From Candidatus Lokiarchaeum ossiferum (lineage in GTDB: Archaea > Asgardarchaeota > Lokiarchaeia > Sigyniarchaeales > Promethearchaeaceae): a stretch of DNA of 64,000 bases. Shown here piece by piece: positions 20,327-29,594 of this stretch. Position numbers and translations under genes: made by a program. Each line of letters opens with the position of its first letter. The first letter of the stretch is position 1. The DNA lies in NCBI GenBank assembly GCA_025839675.1, contig CP104013.1, positions 2,849,121 through 2,913,120 of the forward strand, in the 5' to 3' direction. The notes beneath the pieces are model-generated. The model saw only the letters and a program-made list of their open reading frames with translations, was not told the origin of the DNA and searched no databases.

Positions 20327-20950
20327 TTAACTATTCTTTTTATCTGGTTGATCTTTTTTCTTTTTATAGGAAACAAATGTCATTTTATCTGCACTTGTGG
20401 GTGTAATATAGGAACCCCCATCTGTATCCTTTAAAACAACATTAAAGACCATTTCTCCAGCCATACATTTTCGGAGACGCTTTATGGATTCGTTGCAATT
20501 TTTCCATTCAATGGAATCAATCGGATTAGTCTCTAAAAAGAACTTCAACTTCTCTTCGATTTTTAATAAAATCCCTTCAATATTTGTAAAATCAAAATTT
20601 GCTGCAGGACCTCGTTCAATAGAAACGCCAATTTCTTCAATATCAAGATTTCCAGTGGCTCCACGAAATATTTTGTGAGTAAGGTCACCATCATCAACAC
20701 AAAGGCGGTATTCACCTGGTTGAAACGCTGTAAACATGCTGATCATATCGGTTTTTCGATAATTACACTCATTGCATTCGAGGAGTAAAATAAAGATATC
20801 ATCGCCATCTGGAAGCTTATATAATGTACGGGACATTTTTAACGTTTTTTTACCACATACCGGGCAAGATAGATCATCAGTGATTTCAGGAAGTTCATAA
20901 GTCCCTTGACTTCGTTTTAAGGATGTTTTTTCTTCGATGGAATTCCCCAT
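20327..20950 (-). CDS. ZPR1-type zinc-finger protein
   Basis: CPVCG...(about 25 aa)...ECNECNYRKTD double CxxC zinc ribbon, followed by a beta-rich domain as in ZPR1; 207 aa as in archaeal ZPR1 homologs. Confidence 0.6.
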   Translation of the reverse strand: MGNSIEEKTSLKRSQGTYELPEITDDLSCPVCGKKTLKMSRTLYKLPDGDDIFILLLECNECNYRKTDMISMFTAFQPGEYRLCVDDGDLTHKIFRGATGNLDIEEIGVSIERGPAANFDFTNIEGILLKIEEKLKFFLETNPIDSIEWKNCNESIKRLRKCMAGEMVFNVVLKDTDGGSYITPTSADKMTFVSYKKKKDQPDKKNS

Positions 20951-21099
20951 AGGACAATGAGTTAGGCATTATGGAAAAATTTTTTGTTTATATAAAAAGC
21001 CTTTTTTTTACAAAGGTGAAGCTTTTTTTTTTCTAGAGTATATATACAAAATCAATAAATATCGATAAAACGTCGCCTTGATATTTTAATGGTGTTAAA

Positions 21100-21783
21100 A
21101 TGAAAATTTTAGACACAAAAACCCCATTTAAAAATTGTGACGTTTTTCAAAAACTAAGTGAATTTTTTACTCGAGGAATTTTTATGACCAATGAAAAAAT
21201 CTATGAAATAACTTGCCACGGCAGGGGAGGTCAAGGTGCAATTACGGGAGCCTTACTTCTCTGTGAAGTTGCATATGCGGATGGATACAAAGATGTATTA
21301 TCTATTCCTAAAATTGGAGCTGAGCGACGAGGTGCTCCAATTAAAGCATTTTCCAAAATATCGCGAATTCGTGAAATCAAAAATTTTGCCGCTGTAGATG
21401 ACGCCGATATTACAATTATCTATGATTCTTCTTTATTGGCACTACCTGGTGTGGCTGACGCAATTAAACATGGAACAGTGTTAATTAACACTAATTCAGA
21501 GGTTGATTTAAGCCAATTTCCGGAAAATACAAAAATCTATACTTCTCCAGTGACCGATATTGCATTAGAAATGAATCTATTAGCATCGGGATATCCAATT
21601 TTAAATGTCCCATTGTTAGGGGCACTATCTAAAATCAAATATAAAGACGAATCTGGCGAAAATACCTTAGGTTTGAATTTAGAAACAATTCGAGAAATTG
21701 CCACGAAGAAGTTTGGTTCCAAAGGTGAAGCCAATTACAAAGCCGCTGTAGAAGCGGCAAAAAGAATTGTGGAGTTGCGATAA
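21100..21783 (+). CDS. porG: Pyruvate:ferredoxin oxidoreductase gamma subunit
   Basis: CHGRGGQGAITGA motif. The true start may be the internal ATG at 21184. First gene of the porGDAB order. Confidence 0.8.
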   Translation: MKILDTKTPFKNCDVFQKLSEFFTRGIFMTNEKIYEITCHGRGGQGAITGALLLCEVAYADGYKDVLSIPKIGAERRGAPIKAFSKISRIREIKNFAAVDDADITIIYDSSLLALPGVADAIKHGTVLINTNSEVDLSQFPENTKIYTSPVTDIALEMNLLASGYPILNVPLLGALSKIKYKDESGENTLGLNLETIREIATKKFGSKGEANYKAAVEAAKRIVELR

Positions 21784-22123
21784 AATGACAGAAGAAAAAT
21801 GGAAATCTATTAATAAATGTCGAGACGACCGTCCAGAAATACAATGTTGGGATAATTATTGGGAATTACCTCCCGCTTCAGTCTCGTTCCCCATAAAGGG
21901 AAGTGCTGGAAAAACTGGAGCTTGGCGAACTTTTCGACCTGTAATTGATCAAGAACAATGTATCAAGTGCTACTTCTGTTTCATGTATTGTCCTGAAGGG
22001 ACGATCAAAGTTAATGATGAAACCAAAGAAGTATATGTCGACTATGAATATTGTAAAGGATGCGGAGTATGTGCAAATAATTGCCCAAAGAAATGCATCG
22101 ACATGAAAAAGGAGTCAAATTAG
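21767..22123 (+). CDS. porD: Pyruvate:ferredoxin oxidoreductase delta subunit (2x[4Fe-4S] ferredoxin)
   Basis: CIKCYFCFMYCP and CKGCGVCANNCP motifs; overlaps the porG stop. Confidence 0.8.
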   Translation: MWSCDKMTEEKWKSINKCRDDRPEIQCWDNYWELPPASVSFPIKGSAGKTGAWRTFRPVIDQEQCIKCYFCFMYCPEGTIKVNDETKEVYVDYEYCKGCGVCANNCPKKCIDMKKESN

Positions 22124-22133
22124 GTGAAATATT

Positions 22134-23426
22134 ATGGTATTTAAAGAAGGTCCATTAAAAGGAAATTTAGCCGCAGCATATGCGGCTATGGATGCAGATA
22201 TCGATTGTGTGACTGCATATCCAATTACCCCTCAAACAACTGTTGTTGAAAAACTGAGTGAATTGGTCGGAGAAAAAGAATTTCTTGACCGAGGGCAAAA
22301 AGTTGAATATATTCGAATGGAATCGGAACACTCTGTTGGAGCAGGATTGGTTGGAGCAGCATTTGCAGGAGCTCGAACTTATTCCGCAACAGCGGGACAA
22401 GGACTTCTCTATATGTCCGAGATGGTCCATTGGATGGTGGGTGCACGTATTCCCGTAGTACTTTCAATCGCTGCTCGTGCATTAACTGGTGGAGGATGGA
22501 ATATTTGGGCAGATTATGGAGACATTATGAACCAGCGAGATTCTGGGATTTTAATTCAATTTTTAAGCTCCCATCAAGAAATATATGATACAATCTTAAT
22601 GAGTTATAACATTGCCGAACATCCTGATGTAATGCTTCCGCTTTTCCCCGCCTATGGTGGCTTTGTTTTAAGTCACACCGCGAAACCCGTGAAACGAATA
22701 TCTTGGGAAGAAGCACAACAATTTGTGCGCCCAAAAACCGAAGAATGGCCACACATTTGGGTTGATGGAGATCGCCCTATTATGAGTGGTGCCATGATTA
22801 TGCCGCAAACTTATGCGGAATTCCGGATTAAAGCTCAAGAAGCACAATTACGGGCTAAACCAGTCATAAAACAAGTGATGGCCGATTTTAAAGCCAAATT
22901 TGGGAGAAGTTATGGAAATGGAATGGTCGAACCTTATATGACCGATGATGCCGAAGTTCTGTTAATTGGCTACGGGGGCATTGCCAAACAAGCCGAAGAT
23001 GCAGTGGACGCAGCCCGAAAAATGGGATTAAAAGTAGGAGCTTTACGCATTCGCACCTATCGACCGTTCCCAACTGAAGATATTTTATCGTATATTAGAC
23101 GGATTCCCGTTGTCGGAGTCGTTGATCGAGCCATTGCTTTTGGAAATCCAACCGCCAGTCCAGTGTGTACTGATATCATGGCAGTATGTCAACGAGATCC
23201 TGAAGCCAAAAATGCCCACATAATCCCCTTTGTTGCGGGTATAGGTGGACGCGATACTACATTTGATCAACAAATGGAACAAATCAAAATATTATTTGAA
23301 TATAAGGACACCGGTGTGGAACCAGCCCGTAAACATAAGATGTTTGGCACCTATTGGACCGGATTGATGACTGGAGAAGGCGAAAAGCCCGCAGACTTTT
23401 CAGAACCTTACTTTGGAGATATATAG
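22134..23426 (+). CDS. porA: Pyruvate:ferredoxin oxidoreductase alpha subunit
   Basis: 430 aa with a 2-oxoacid:ferredoxin oxidoreductase alpha domain. Immediately follows porD. Confidence 0.85.
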   Translation: MVFKEGPLKGNLAAAYAAMDADIDCVTAYPITPQTTVVEKLSELVGEKEFLDRGQKVEYIRMESEHSVGAGLVGAAFAGARTYSATAGQGLLYMSEMVHWMVGARIPVVLSIAARALTGGGWNIWADYGDIMNQRDSGILIQFLSSHQEIYDTILMSYNIAEHPDVMLPLFPAYGGFVLSHTAKPVKRISWEEAQQFVRPKTEEWPHIWVDGDRPIMSGAMIMPQTYAEFRIKAQEAQLRAKPVIKQVMADFKAKFGRSYGNGMVEPYMTDDAEVLLIGYGGIAKQAEDAVDAARKMGLKVGALRIRTYRPFPTEDILSYIRRIPVVGVVDRAIAFGNPTASPVCTDIMAVCQRDPEAKNAHIIPFVAGIGGRDTTFDQQMEQIKILFEYKDTGVEPARKHKMFGTYWTGLMTGEGEKPADFSEPYFGDI

Positions 23427-23437
23427 GAGAGATTAAC

Positions 23438-24376
23438 ATGGCAAAATCAAAAATAAAAGATTTAATCAATATTCCCGAAGCTCGACGCGAATATTTCCTT
23501 GCTGGTAATTCAACCTGCCAAGGCTGTGGATTAGACATGGCCCTCCGCTGGGCCATGAAAGCTCTGGGACAATATACCGTTACTATTTCCCCCGCCAGCT
23601 GCAGCAATGTTGTCACTGGAGTGTGGCCCAAATCCGCCCCTGATTGGCCTTGGTTTAACATGGCTTTTGCAGGTGCAACCGCTGCCGCTACGGGTATGAA
23701 ACATGGTTTGATCACGAAAGGTAAAGGCCACTACAATGTTGTGGTTTGGGCCGGCGATGGAGGCACTACCGATATTGGCCTTCAAGGATTAAGTGGCGCC
23801 GCTGAGCGCAACGAAGACATCATTTATGTCTGTTATGACAATGAAGCCTACCAGAATACCGGAAATCAAAGAAGTAGTTCGACCCCTCATGGAGTTGTTA
23901 CAACAACAACACCTTATGGAAAAGAACAACACAAGAAAAATTTGCCCATGATCGTGGCAGCCCATAATGTCCCTTATGTTGCGACAGCTTCCGTGTCAGA
24001 TCCAATGGATTTGTATGATAAATTTAAAAAAGCCAAGGACATCAAAGGATTCCGCTATATTCAAATTTTGAGCCCCTGCCCTCCAGGATGGCGCTCAGAA
24101 GCGAAGGATACAATTCAACATGCGCAGATGGCTATTGATTGCGGCATTTTCCCACTCTATGAGATAGAAAATGGGAAGTTGACTTTAAACGGTAAAAGTG
24201 TACGAATGCATGACAAAACCAAGCGCAAGCCCTTGGGAGAATATTTCAATAAGAAGAACCAAGGACGCTTCAAAAAGGTGGATGAAGAAGTCTTGAAAGT
24301 ATTACAAGAAGACACTGACAAGTGGTGGGCGTGGATCGATCGTCACTTAGTGTATCAAGAAGAAGCCGAATTGTAA
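23438..24376 (+). CDS. porB: Pyruvate:ferredoxin oxidoreductase beta subunit (TPP-binding)
   Basis: Start chosen at the ATG after an AGGAGA RBS; the track ORF starts earlier at 23354, inside porA. Motifs GNSTCQGCG and GDGG for TPP binding. Confidence 0.85.
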   Translation: MAKSKIKDLINIPEARREYFLAGNSTCQGCGLDMALRWAMKALGQYTVTISPASCSNVVTGVWPKSAPDWPWFNMAFAGATAAATGMKHGLITKGKGHYNVVVWAGDGGTTDIGLQGLSGAAERNEDIIYVCYDNEAYQNTGNQRSSSTPHGVVTTTTPYGKEQHKKNLPMIVAAHNVPYVATASVSDPMDLYDKFKKAKDIKGFRYIQILSPCPPGWRSEAKDTIQHAQMAIDCGIFPLYEIENGKLTLNGKSVRMHDKTKRKPLGEYFNKKNQGRFKKVDEEVLKVLQEDTDKWWAWIDRHLVYQEEAEL

Positions 24377-24405
24377 AATCTGGTGTTTTTTCTTATTTTT
24401 TTCCC
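24377..24405 (+). terminator. T-rich tract after porB, archaeal oligo-T terminator candidate
   Basis: tggtgttttttcttatttttttccc directly after the stop codon. Confidence 0.3.
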
Positions 24406-24569
24406 TTTTGACCATTTTTATTCCGTTTTCTTCGAATTTTAAGCTTATCTACCAATGAAATAATTCTTATAAAAAAATCAATTCACCAAAATAATTGATT
24501 TTCGTAAATAAGGCTTTTTTAACTACACCGAAAATATTCCAATTACTGTAATTTTGAACTAAAAAATTA

Positions 24570-25898
24570 TTGTATAAAGTGAAAAATATGACATTTAAAG
24601 AATGCTACATGGTCGATTATGTGCGCACACCATTCTCACGTGCACGACCCACATCACGAGAAAGAAGTGCTTTTAGTGAAGTTTCAAGCCATCAATTAGT
24701 CGGATATACACTCCGTAATATGTTTGAAGAACGATTAAAAGGAAAAGTTCAACCAGAAGAAGTGTCCGAATTTACCATTGGATGTTCCGTTCCTGTGGGC
24801 CACAATTGGAGTTACGCTGGACGAAATTCATGGTTTGCTGGCGGCATGCCTGCAACAGTCCCAAGTTTATTCTTTGATCGAGCTTGTGGATCTGCTATGT
24901 CTGGAATGCATCATGCAGTCATGTCGATTATGACGGGTTATGGTGACATTGAAGTATGTAGCGGAGCCGAACACATGTATCAAGAATCAATGGATATGCA
25001 ACTTCAAAAAAATATTAAACCTCCAACTTTCTTAGTGCAAGAAACAGAGGGTAATATTTTCTATCGTGGAGATCTTGACATTATGACAGGATTTCAAATG
25101 CTTCAGACGGCACAAAAACTTTTTGAAGAAGAAAGTGACCATATTACAGTAGAAGATATGGCAAAATTGGGAGTGAGAAGTCATAATTTAGCATCTAAAG
25201 CCTATGATGAGGGATATTTTAAAGGAGAACTTATTCCGGTAATGGGTCATAAAGAAGGAAATCTTGATGAGCCAATGTTAGTAGAACGAGATCTTGCAGT
25301 TCGAAAAGGAGTTACCTTAGAAAAAACAATGTCTTTACCACCTGCCAGTAATCCAGGATTCCGAGGTGGATATAAACATCCAAAGTTCAAGAAAAAGGAA
25401 TACAAAGAACGCTTTGGAACTACCAAAGGAGTAATCACCGCAGGAATGGCATCTCCATTAAATGCAGGTGCTGCGACATGTGTGTTAATGTCCAAAGAAG
25501 CTATGGAATCACACGATGTAAAACCAATGGTTAAAATCATTGGAATGGGATGGGCGGGTGTAGATCCTTCCGTAATGGGCCGTGGTCCAGTACCAGCATC
25601 AGAAATGGCCTTAAAGCATGCGGGATTAAAAGCAGATGATATTGATTATTGGGAAATTAACGAAGCGTTTTCAGTCGTTGCTCTCAATTGTATGCACCAC
25701 TTCAACATTCCAATGGAAAAAGTGAACGTCAAAGGGGGATCCACAGCAATTGGTCATCCCCTCGGAGCATCAGGTATCCGATTACCAGCAACTTTAGCCC
25801 GAATTTTGAACGAGAAGAAAGCCAAATACGGATTAGCCAACCTTTGTTGTGGTTCTGGACAAGGTGTTGCCGTTATAATGGAAAATACCAATATTTAA
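24570..25898 (+). CDS. Thiolase (acetyl-CoA C-acetyl/acyltransferase family)
   Basis: N-terminal active-site Cys region RACGSAMSG. C-terminal thiolase signatures GGSTAIGHPLGASG and NLCCGSGQG. Confidence 0.75.
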   Translation: MYKVKNMTFKECYMVDYVRTPFSRARPTSRERSAFSEVSSHQLVGYTLRNMFEERLKGKVQPEEVSEFTIGCSVPVGHNWSYAGRNSWFAGGMPATVPSLFFDRACGSAMSGMHHAVMSIMTGYGDIEVCSGAEHMYQESMDMQLQKNIKPPTFLVQETEGNIFYRGDLDIMTGFQMLQTAQKLFEEESDHITVEDMAKLGVRSHNLASKAYDEGYFKGELIPVMGHKEGNLDEPMLVERDLAVRKGVTLEKTMSLPPASNPGFRGGYKHPKFKKKEYKERFGTTKGVITAGMASPLNAGAATCVLMSKEAMESHDVKPMVKIIGMGWAGVDPSVMGRGPVPASEMALKHAGLKADDIDYWEINEAFSVVALNCMHHFNIPMEKVNVKGGSTAIGHPLGASGIRLPATLARILNEKKAKYGLANLCCGSGQGVAVIMENTNI

Positions 25899-25967
25899 TC
25901 GTCCAAATATGGATGAAATCCTTTTTTTTATAATTATATATTAACAACTTCGTAAATGTGAAAAAAC

Positions 25968-26828
25968 ATGGGAAGATTTGAAGGGAAAACCGCACTTATT
26001 GGAGGAAATCTTGGAAAACTCAAGAAAGATAAATTCAAGATGGGCCTCGGCGGTGTTATAGCAAAGCAATTGTTAGATGATGGTGCGCAAGTAGTGCTTG
26101 TTGATACTGATTTTGCAATTGCTCAAGAATGTGCCAAAGCACTTGGTGGTCAATCAAAGGCAGTGGAATGCGATTTGATGAAAGATCGAACGTATGAAAC
26201 TGAAGAATATACTGATCATCGAGGCAATAAAAAAACGAAAGTAGTATGGAAAGATAATCCAGCCTTAAAAATGGTTGAAGACATCGCCCAAGAATATGGA
26301 AAATTGGACATTTTAATTACAAATTTCGATAAATTTGAAAAAGCTCGTTTAGATTCAACTTCCGAGGAAATGTATAATGATCTACGTGAACAGAACATCA
26401 CTCCTACCTTCCATTTATTGGCAGCAGTCCGAGAATTGTTTTCTGCCCAACGTAAAACAACTGGATCCTATGCAAAAGTAGTAATGATCACCAGTATGGT
26501 AGGAAAAGCCGGAATGTCAATGGGGGCCATTTATTCAGCATTTAAAGGTTCAATTGTTGGCTTGACAAAAAGTTTAGCAAGAGAATTTGGAAGATTTGCA
26601 AATGTAAACACTATTGCTTGTGGACCCTTTGCTGAAAAGAAAATGCAAGGTCCTCGAGAAAAAATCCGTGATGGGTTCATGGCCACTCAAACTGACATGG
26701 CAAATCAACCAATTACATTTGATAAAATCGCCCCACTGGCCGCCTTTTTAGCATCCGATGATGCAATTGTTATAAATGGGCAAATAATTAGCGCCGATGG
26801 AGGACTATGGCTCAAATTGGAGCAATAA
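25968..26828 (+). CDS. Short-chain dehydrogenase/reductase (divergent SDR)
   Basis: Rossmann-like N-terminus (ALIGGNLGK...VVLVD) and SDR-like topology. The catalytic motif is diverged (YSAFKGS). Confidence 0.55.
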   Translation: MGRFEGKTALIGGNLGKLKKDKFKMGLGGVIAKQLLDDGAQVVLVDTDFAIAQECAKALGGQSKAVECDLMKDRTYETEEYTDHRGNKKTKVVWKDNPALKMVEDIAQEYGKLDILITNFDKFEKARLDSTSEEMYNDLREQNITPTFHLLAAVRELFSAQRKTTGSYAKVVMITSMVGKAGMSMGAIYSAFKGSIVGLTKSLAREFGRFANVNTIACGPFAEKKMQGPREKIRDGFMATQTDMANQPITFDKIAPLAAFLASDDAIVINGQIISADGGLWLKLEQ

Positions 26829-26837
26829 TTAGGAGGA

Positions 26838-27635
26838 ATGAAGATGGAAAACTTACTAAAAGGAAAAGTAGCAATAATTACTGGAAGCGGTCGTGGGATT
26901 GGAAAAGGAATTGCGACATTATTTGTTCAACAAGGATGTAAAGTTACAATTAATGATATCGACCCAAAACCTTGTGAAGAGACAGTTGCCGAATTGAAAG
27001 CTCTTGGTGGAGATGTAATTGCCTGTCCAGCCGATGTTACTAATGTTGAACAAGTATCGAAAATGGTTGCAGATACCGTTGCAGCCTTTGGAAAGGTGGA
27101 TATTCTTGTTAACAATGCAGGAACTAGTCGAGATGCCTTAATTCATAAAATGGATGATAAATTGTTACGATTTATCATTGATGTAAACTTGAAAGGGACT
27201 CATGTATGTACTCAAGCTGTTTTGGCTGAATTCTTAAAAGAAGATCGCGATTTAGAATTTAAGAAAATCGTGAATTTCTCAAGTACTACTGGAGTGTCTG
27301 GAAACATCGGTCAAGCTAATTATGCAATTGCCAAAGGAGCAATTATTTCCTACACTAAATCTTGTGCCCGGGAGTTAGCCAGACATCGAGTCTGCGTAAA
27401 TGCCCTAGCTCCAGGATTTGTAGAAACCCGAATGACTGCCGAAAAGAAACCCGGGATGAAATTAGGGATGCCCGCTGCAATTCGAGGAATAGCAATTAAT
27501 GCAATACCATTTTCACGCAATAAACGGGGAGGATTACCAGAAGATATAGCACGAATCGTGTTATTCTTCAGTTGTGATCTCTCTAATTGGGTAACTGGCC
27601 AATTATTATTGGGTGACGGTGGAGCAATGATCTAG
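26838..27635 (+). CDS. 3-oxoacyl-reductase-like SDR (FabG-like)
   Basis: TGSGRGIGKGIA cofactor motif, NNAG, and catalytic YAIAKGA (YxxxK). Confidence 0.8.
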   Translation: MKMENLLKGKVAIITGSGRGIGKGIATLFVQQGCKVTINDIDPKPCEETVAELKALGGDVIACPADVTNVEQVSKMVADTVAAFGKVDILVNNAGTSRDALIHKMDDKLLRFIIDVNLKGTHVCTQAVLAEFLKEDRDLEFKKIVNFSSTTGVSGNIGQANYAIAKGAIISYTKSCARELARHRVCVNALAPGFVETRMTAEKKPGMKLGMPAAIRGIAINAIPFSRNKRGGLPEDIARIVLFFSCDLSNWVTGQLLLGDGGAMI

Positions 27636-27702
27636 TTCTTTTTTTTTCTACCTTTTTATACTTCCAAAATTTATTTACAAGCCATATACTTACAAACCAT
27701 AT

Positions 27703-28446
27703 ATGGGATTATTGGTCAAGCTAAAAAATAGCCAAAAAAAGCAATGGGATTTCTTACTTCAGTGTGCAAAAGAATCGCATTTAGAAGAAAACTTAATTGC
27801 ATTACCCTTTAATAGAGGAGGTTATGGTCTAATAGCCAACCCAGAACAGTCATCTTGGCAATCTTCCTTTACAAGTGTGAATTGGGGATTGTTTCCAGAC
27901 CAAATAATATTTATATTAGATTCACTTGAACAAGCAATGGAAATTGGCATTTTTTCTCCTATTGCTATCAAAATGGCTCAAGAATTTTGGCCCAAAGAAT
28001 TGATATTGCAAGTTCCTATAAATAAATCCCACCCTCTATTTTCTAAACTCCAAAAAACTGTTTCACCTCAAATTTTAGATACCATTTTTCCCTCTGAGAC
28101 AATCAAGTTAATGATCCCGAACGATCTTGTGTTTACCGCTTTTATTCAATTACTAAAAATCCATAAAGCTGTGCCGATATTAGTGGGTATATATGCTCAA
28201 GATGGTTCAGGTGTTCCATGTGTTGATTCAACAAGATTTGCAGAATTATATACAGATAAACGAATAGGAATGATCTTGGATCATGGCACACTTCAAAAGG
28301 GAAGGAACTTAAAAAGTGCCACAATTGTTGAATGTTTAGATGATGTGAACATAGATATTATCAAAGAAGGGTTAATTTCTACCCAAGAGATTTCAAGTTT
28401 TATTGAAAAATGTGATGAGGAAGAATCTACTGATGATGAATTTTAA
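27703..28446 (+). CDS. Hypothetical protein with divergent YrdC/Sua5-like features
   Basis: Weak matches to YrdC fold landmarks (ALPFNRGGYGL like AFPTETVYGL, EFWPKELILQVP like RFWPGPLTL, YAQDGSGVP like SANxSG), but the key residues are degenerate. Confidence 0.3.
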   Translation: MGLLVKLKNSQKKQWDFLLQCAKESHLEENLIALPFNRGGYGLIANPEQSSWQSSFTSVNWGLFPDQIIFILDSLEQAMEIGIFSPIAIKMAQEFWPKELILQVPINKSHPLFSKLQKTVSPQILDTIFPSETIKLMIPNDLVFTAFIQLLKIHKAVPILVGIYAQDGSGVPCVDSTRFAELYTDKRIGMILDHGTLQKGRNLKSATIVECLDDVNIDIIKEGLISTQEISSFIEKCDEEESTDDEF

Positions 28447-28963
28447 TTTAATCGTATCCACTGCACGATCTTATGAGCGACAAGCAGAATGTGAATTATG
28501 GTTTAATCTCTTAGCGATCGGAGATGAAAATCCTATTTTTACTCAAACAGGCAATCCCGGACTAATTTTAGCCCAAACGGATTGCGAACCCCGAAAATTA
28601 ATCAAGCATCTTAAAGAAAGTGTGGAAGTTCATGATCCAAACTCAGTGAACTTCTTGCAAAAAATTTATCCAATCGATGTGGTTGTTCCAACCGAAATTG
28701 ATCTTATCAGACAGGCAACTATTGATTTAGCAGCCAACCACCCGATAGCTAAGGATTCTAATTCCAAATTTCGAATCACCATCCGAAAACGACAAACACG
28801 CTTGAAAACAAATGAAATTATTCCTGTGATAGCTGAAAGTTTTTCAAACCCAGTTTCACTCAAAGATTTTGATTGGAATATACAGATTGAAATCATTGGA
28901 GAAAAAACGGGGATTTCCATTTTAACGGATCATGATTATTTCAAGTTAGTTAATGAAAACTAG
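28403..28963 (+). CDS. Putative THUMP-domain RNA-binding protein
   Basis: The N-terminus NLIVSTARSYERQAECELWFNL resembles stand-alone archaeal THUMP proteins (LLVTCxRGxExxAxxE). Overlaps the upstream gene by 44 nt (translational coupling). Confidence 0.35.
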   Translation: MKNVMRKNLLMMNFNLIVSTARSYERQAECELWFNLLAIGDENPIFTQTGNPGLILAQTDCEPRKLIKHLKESVEVHDPNSVNFLQKIYPIDVVVPTEIDLIRQATIDLAANHPIAKDSNSKFRITIRKRQTRLKTNEIIPVIAESFSNPVSLKDFDWNIQIEIIGEKTGISILTDHDYFKLVNEN

Positions 28964-29053
28964 ATATACAATTTTTTCCTATCTTATTGACTCAATTTTA
29001 CAAAAGTGAAATTTGAAGGATTGAAAGCAAGCCAAAAAAAGAAAGGAGAGAAG

Positions 29054-29173
29054 GCCCCGCATGAACAGCGAACCAATATGGTTCGTAAAAGGAGGAAACC
29101 CCACGAAGGGGCGAAATCAAGGTGACGTTTTCCACATCACCATCCAAAAAGACAAAATAAAATTCATGCGGCG
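29054..29173. ncRNA. Candidate structured ncRNA: a GC-rich island with a 9-bp closing stem enclosing three hairpins
   Basis: CCGCATGAA (29057-29065) pairs with TTCATGCGG (29163-29171). Inner hairpins are CGAACC/GGTTCG (29069-29085), CCCC/GGGG (29099-29111) and GGTGA/TCACC (29121-29141). Local GC is far above the flanking sequence. Strand undetermined. Confidence 0.35.
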
Positions 29174-29594
29174 ACCATAGTTGTTTGTATGATTTATTGT
29201 TCCATTGATCAAAATTCAGCACTACTTGCGAGATTTAACCAATTCAAACAAAAATCTGGGTTTTTTTTTAAATTTTTTCCTCCATCATTTTTTGGAACGT
29301 TGCACCCTCGTTTTCAAGAGTCTAATACTAATTAAACAAGTTTTTCTAATAAATATTGACAATAGCCCAAAACTGACACTATAGAACAAAAAAATTTTGA
29401 ATTTTAGCTTTAAATACTCGAATATGACTTTTAGATTCATATTCAAAAATATGTGTTCATGTGAATAGGAATGGATCTTAATTAAAACAGCATTTTTTAT
29501 ATCTTACAAAGAATACCATGACGCAACTTTTTTGAATTTTCCCTCATTTGAAGGAATAATTAATGTTTTAGAATCTAGGAAATGATGGTCAAAA

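Noticed and set aside
23354-23437. N-terminal 28-aa extension of porB in the ORF track
   Set aside because: It lies inside the porA coding region in another frame. The ATG at 23438 has an AGGAGA RBS, and the protein then starts MAKSKIKDL like other PorB proteins.
29054-29173. Possible tRNA or 5S rRNA in the GC-rich island
   Set aside because: About 117 nt between the closing stem ends, no T-loop (GTTCRANYC) or D-loop signatures, and the acceptor ends do not pair as a 7-bp stem with a discriminator. It also does not match 5S helix arrangement. Kept only as a generic structured-RNA candidate.
28998-29222. 74-aa minus-strand ORF
   Set aside because: Covers exactly the GC-rich, stem-rich island. 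Its open frame is better explained by the GC richness of a structured RNA than by coding, and there is no RBS or start context.
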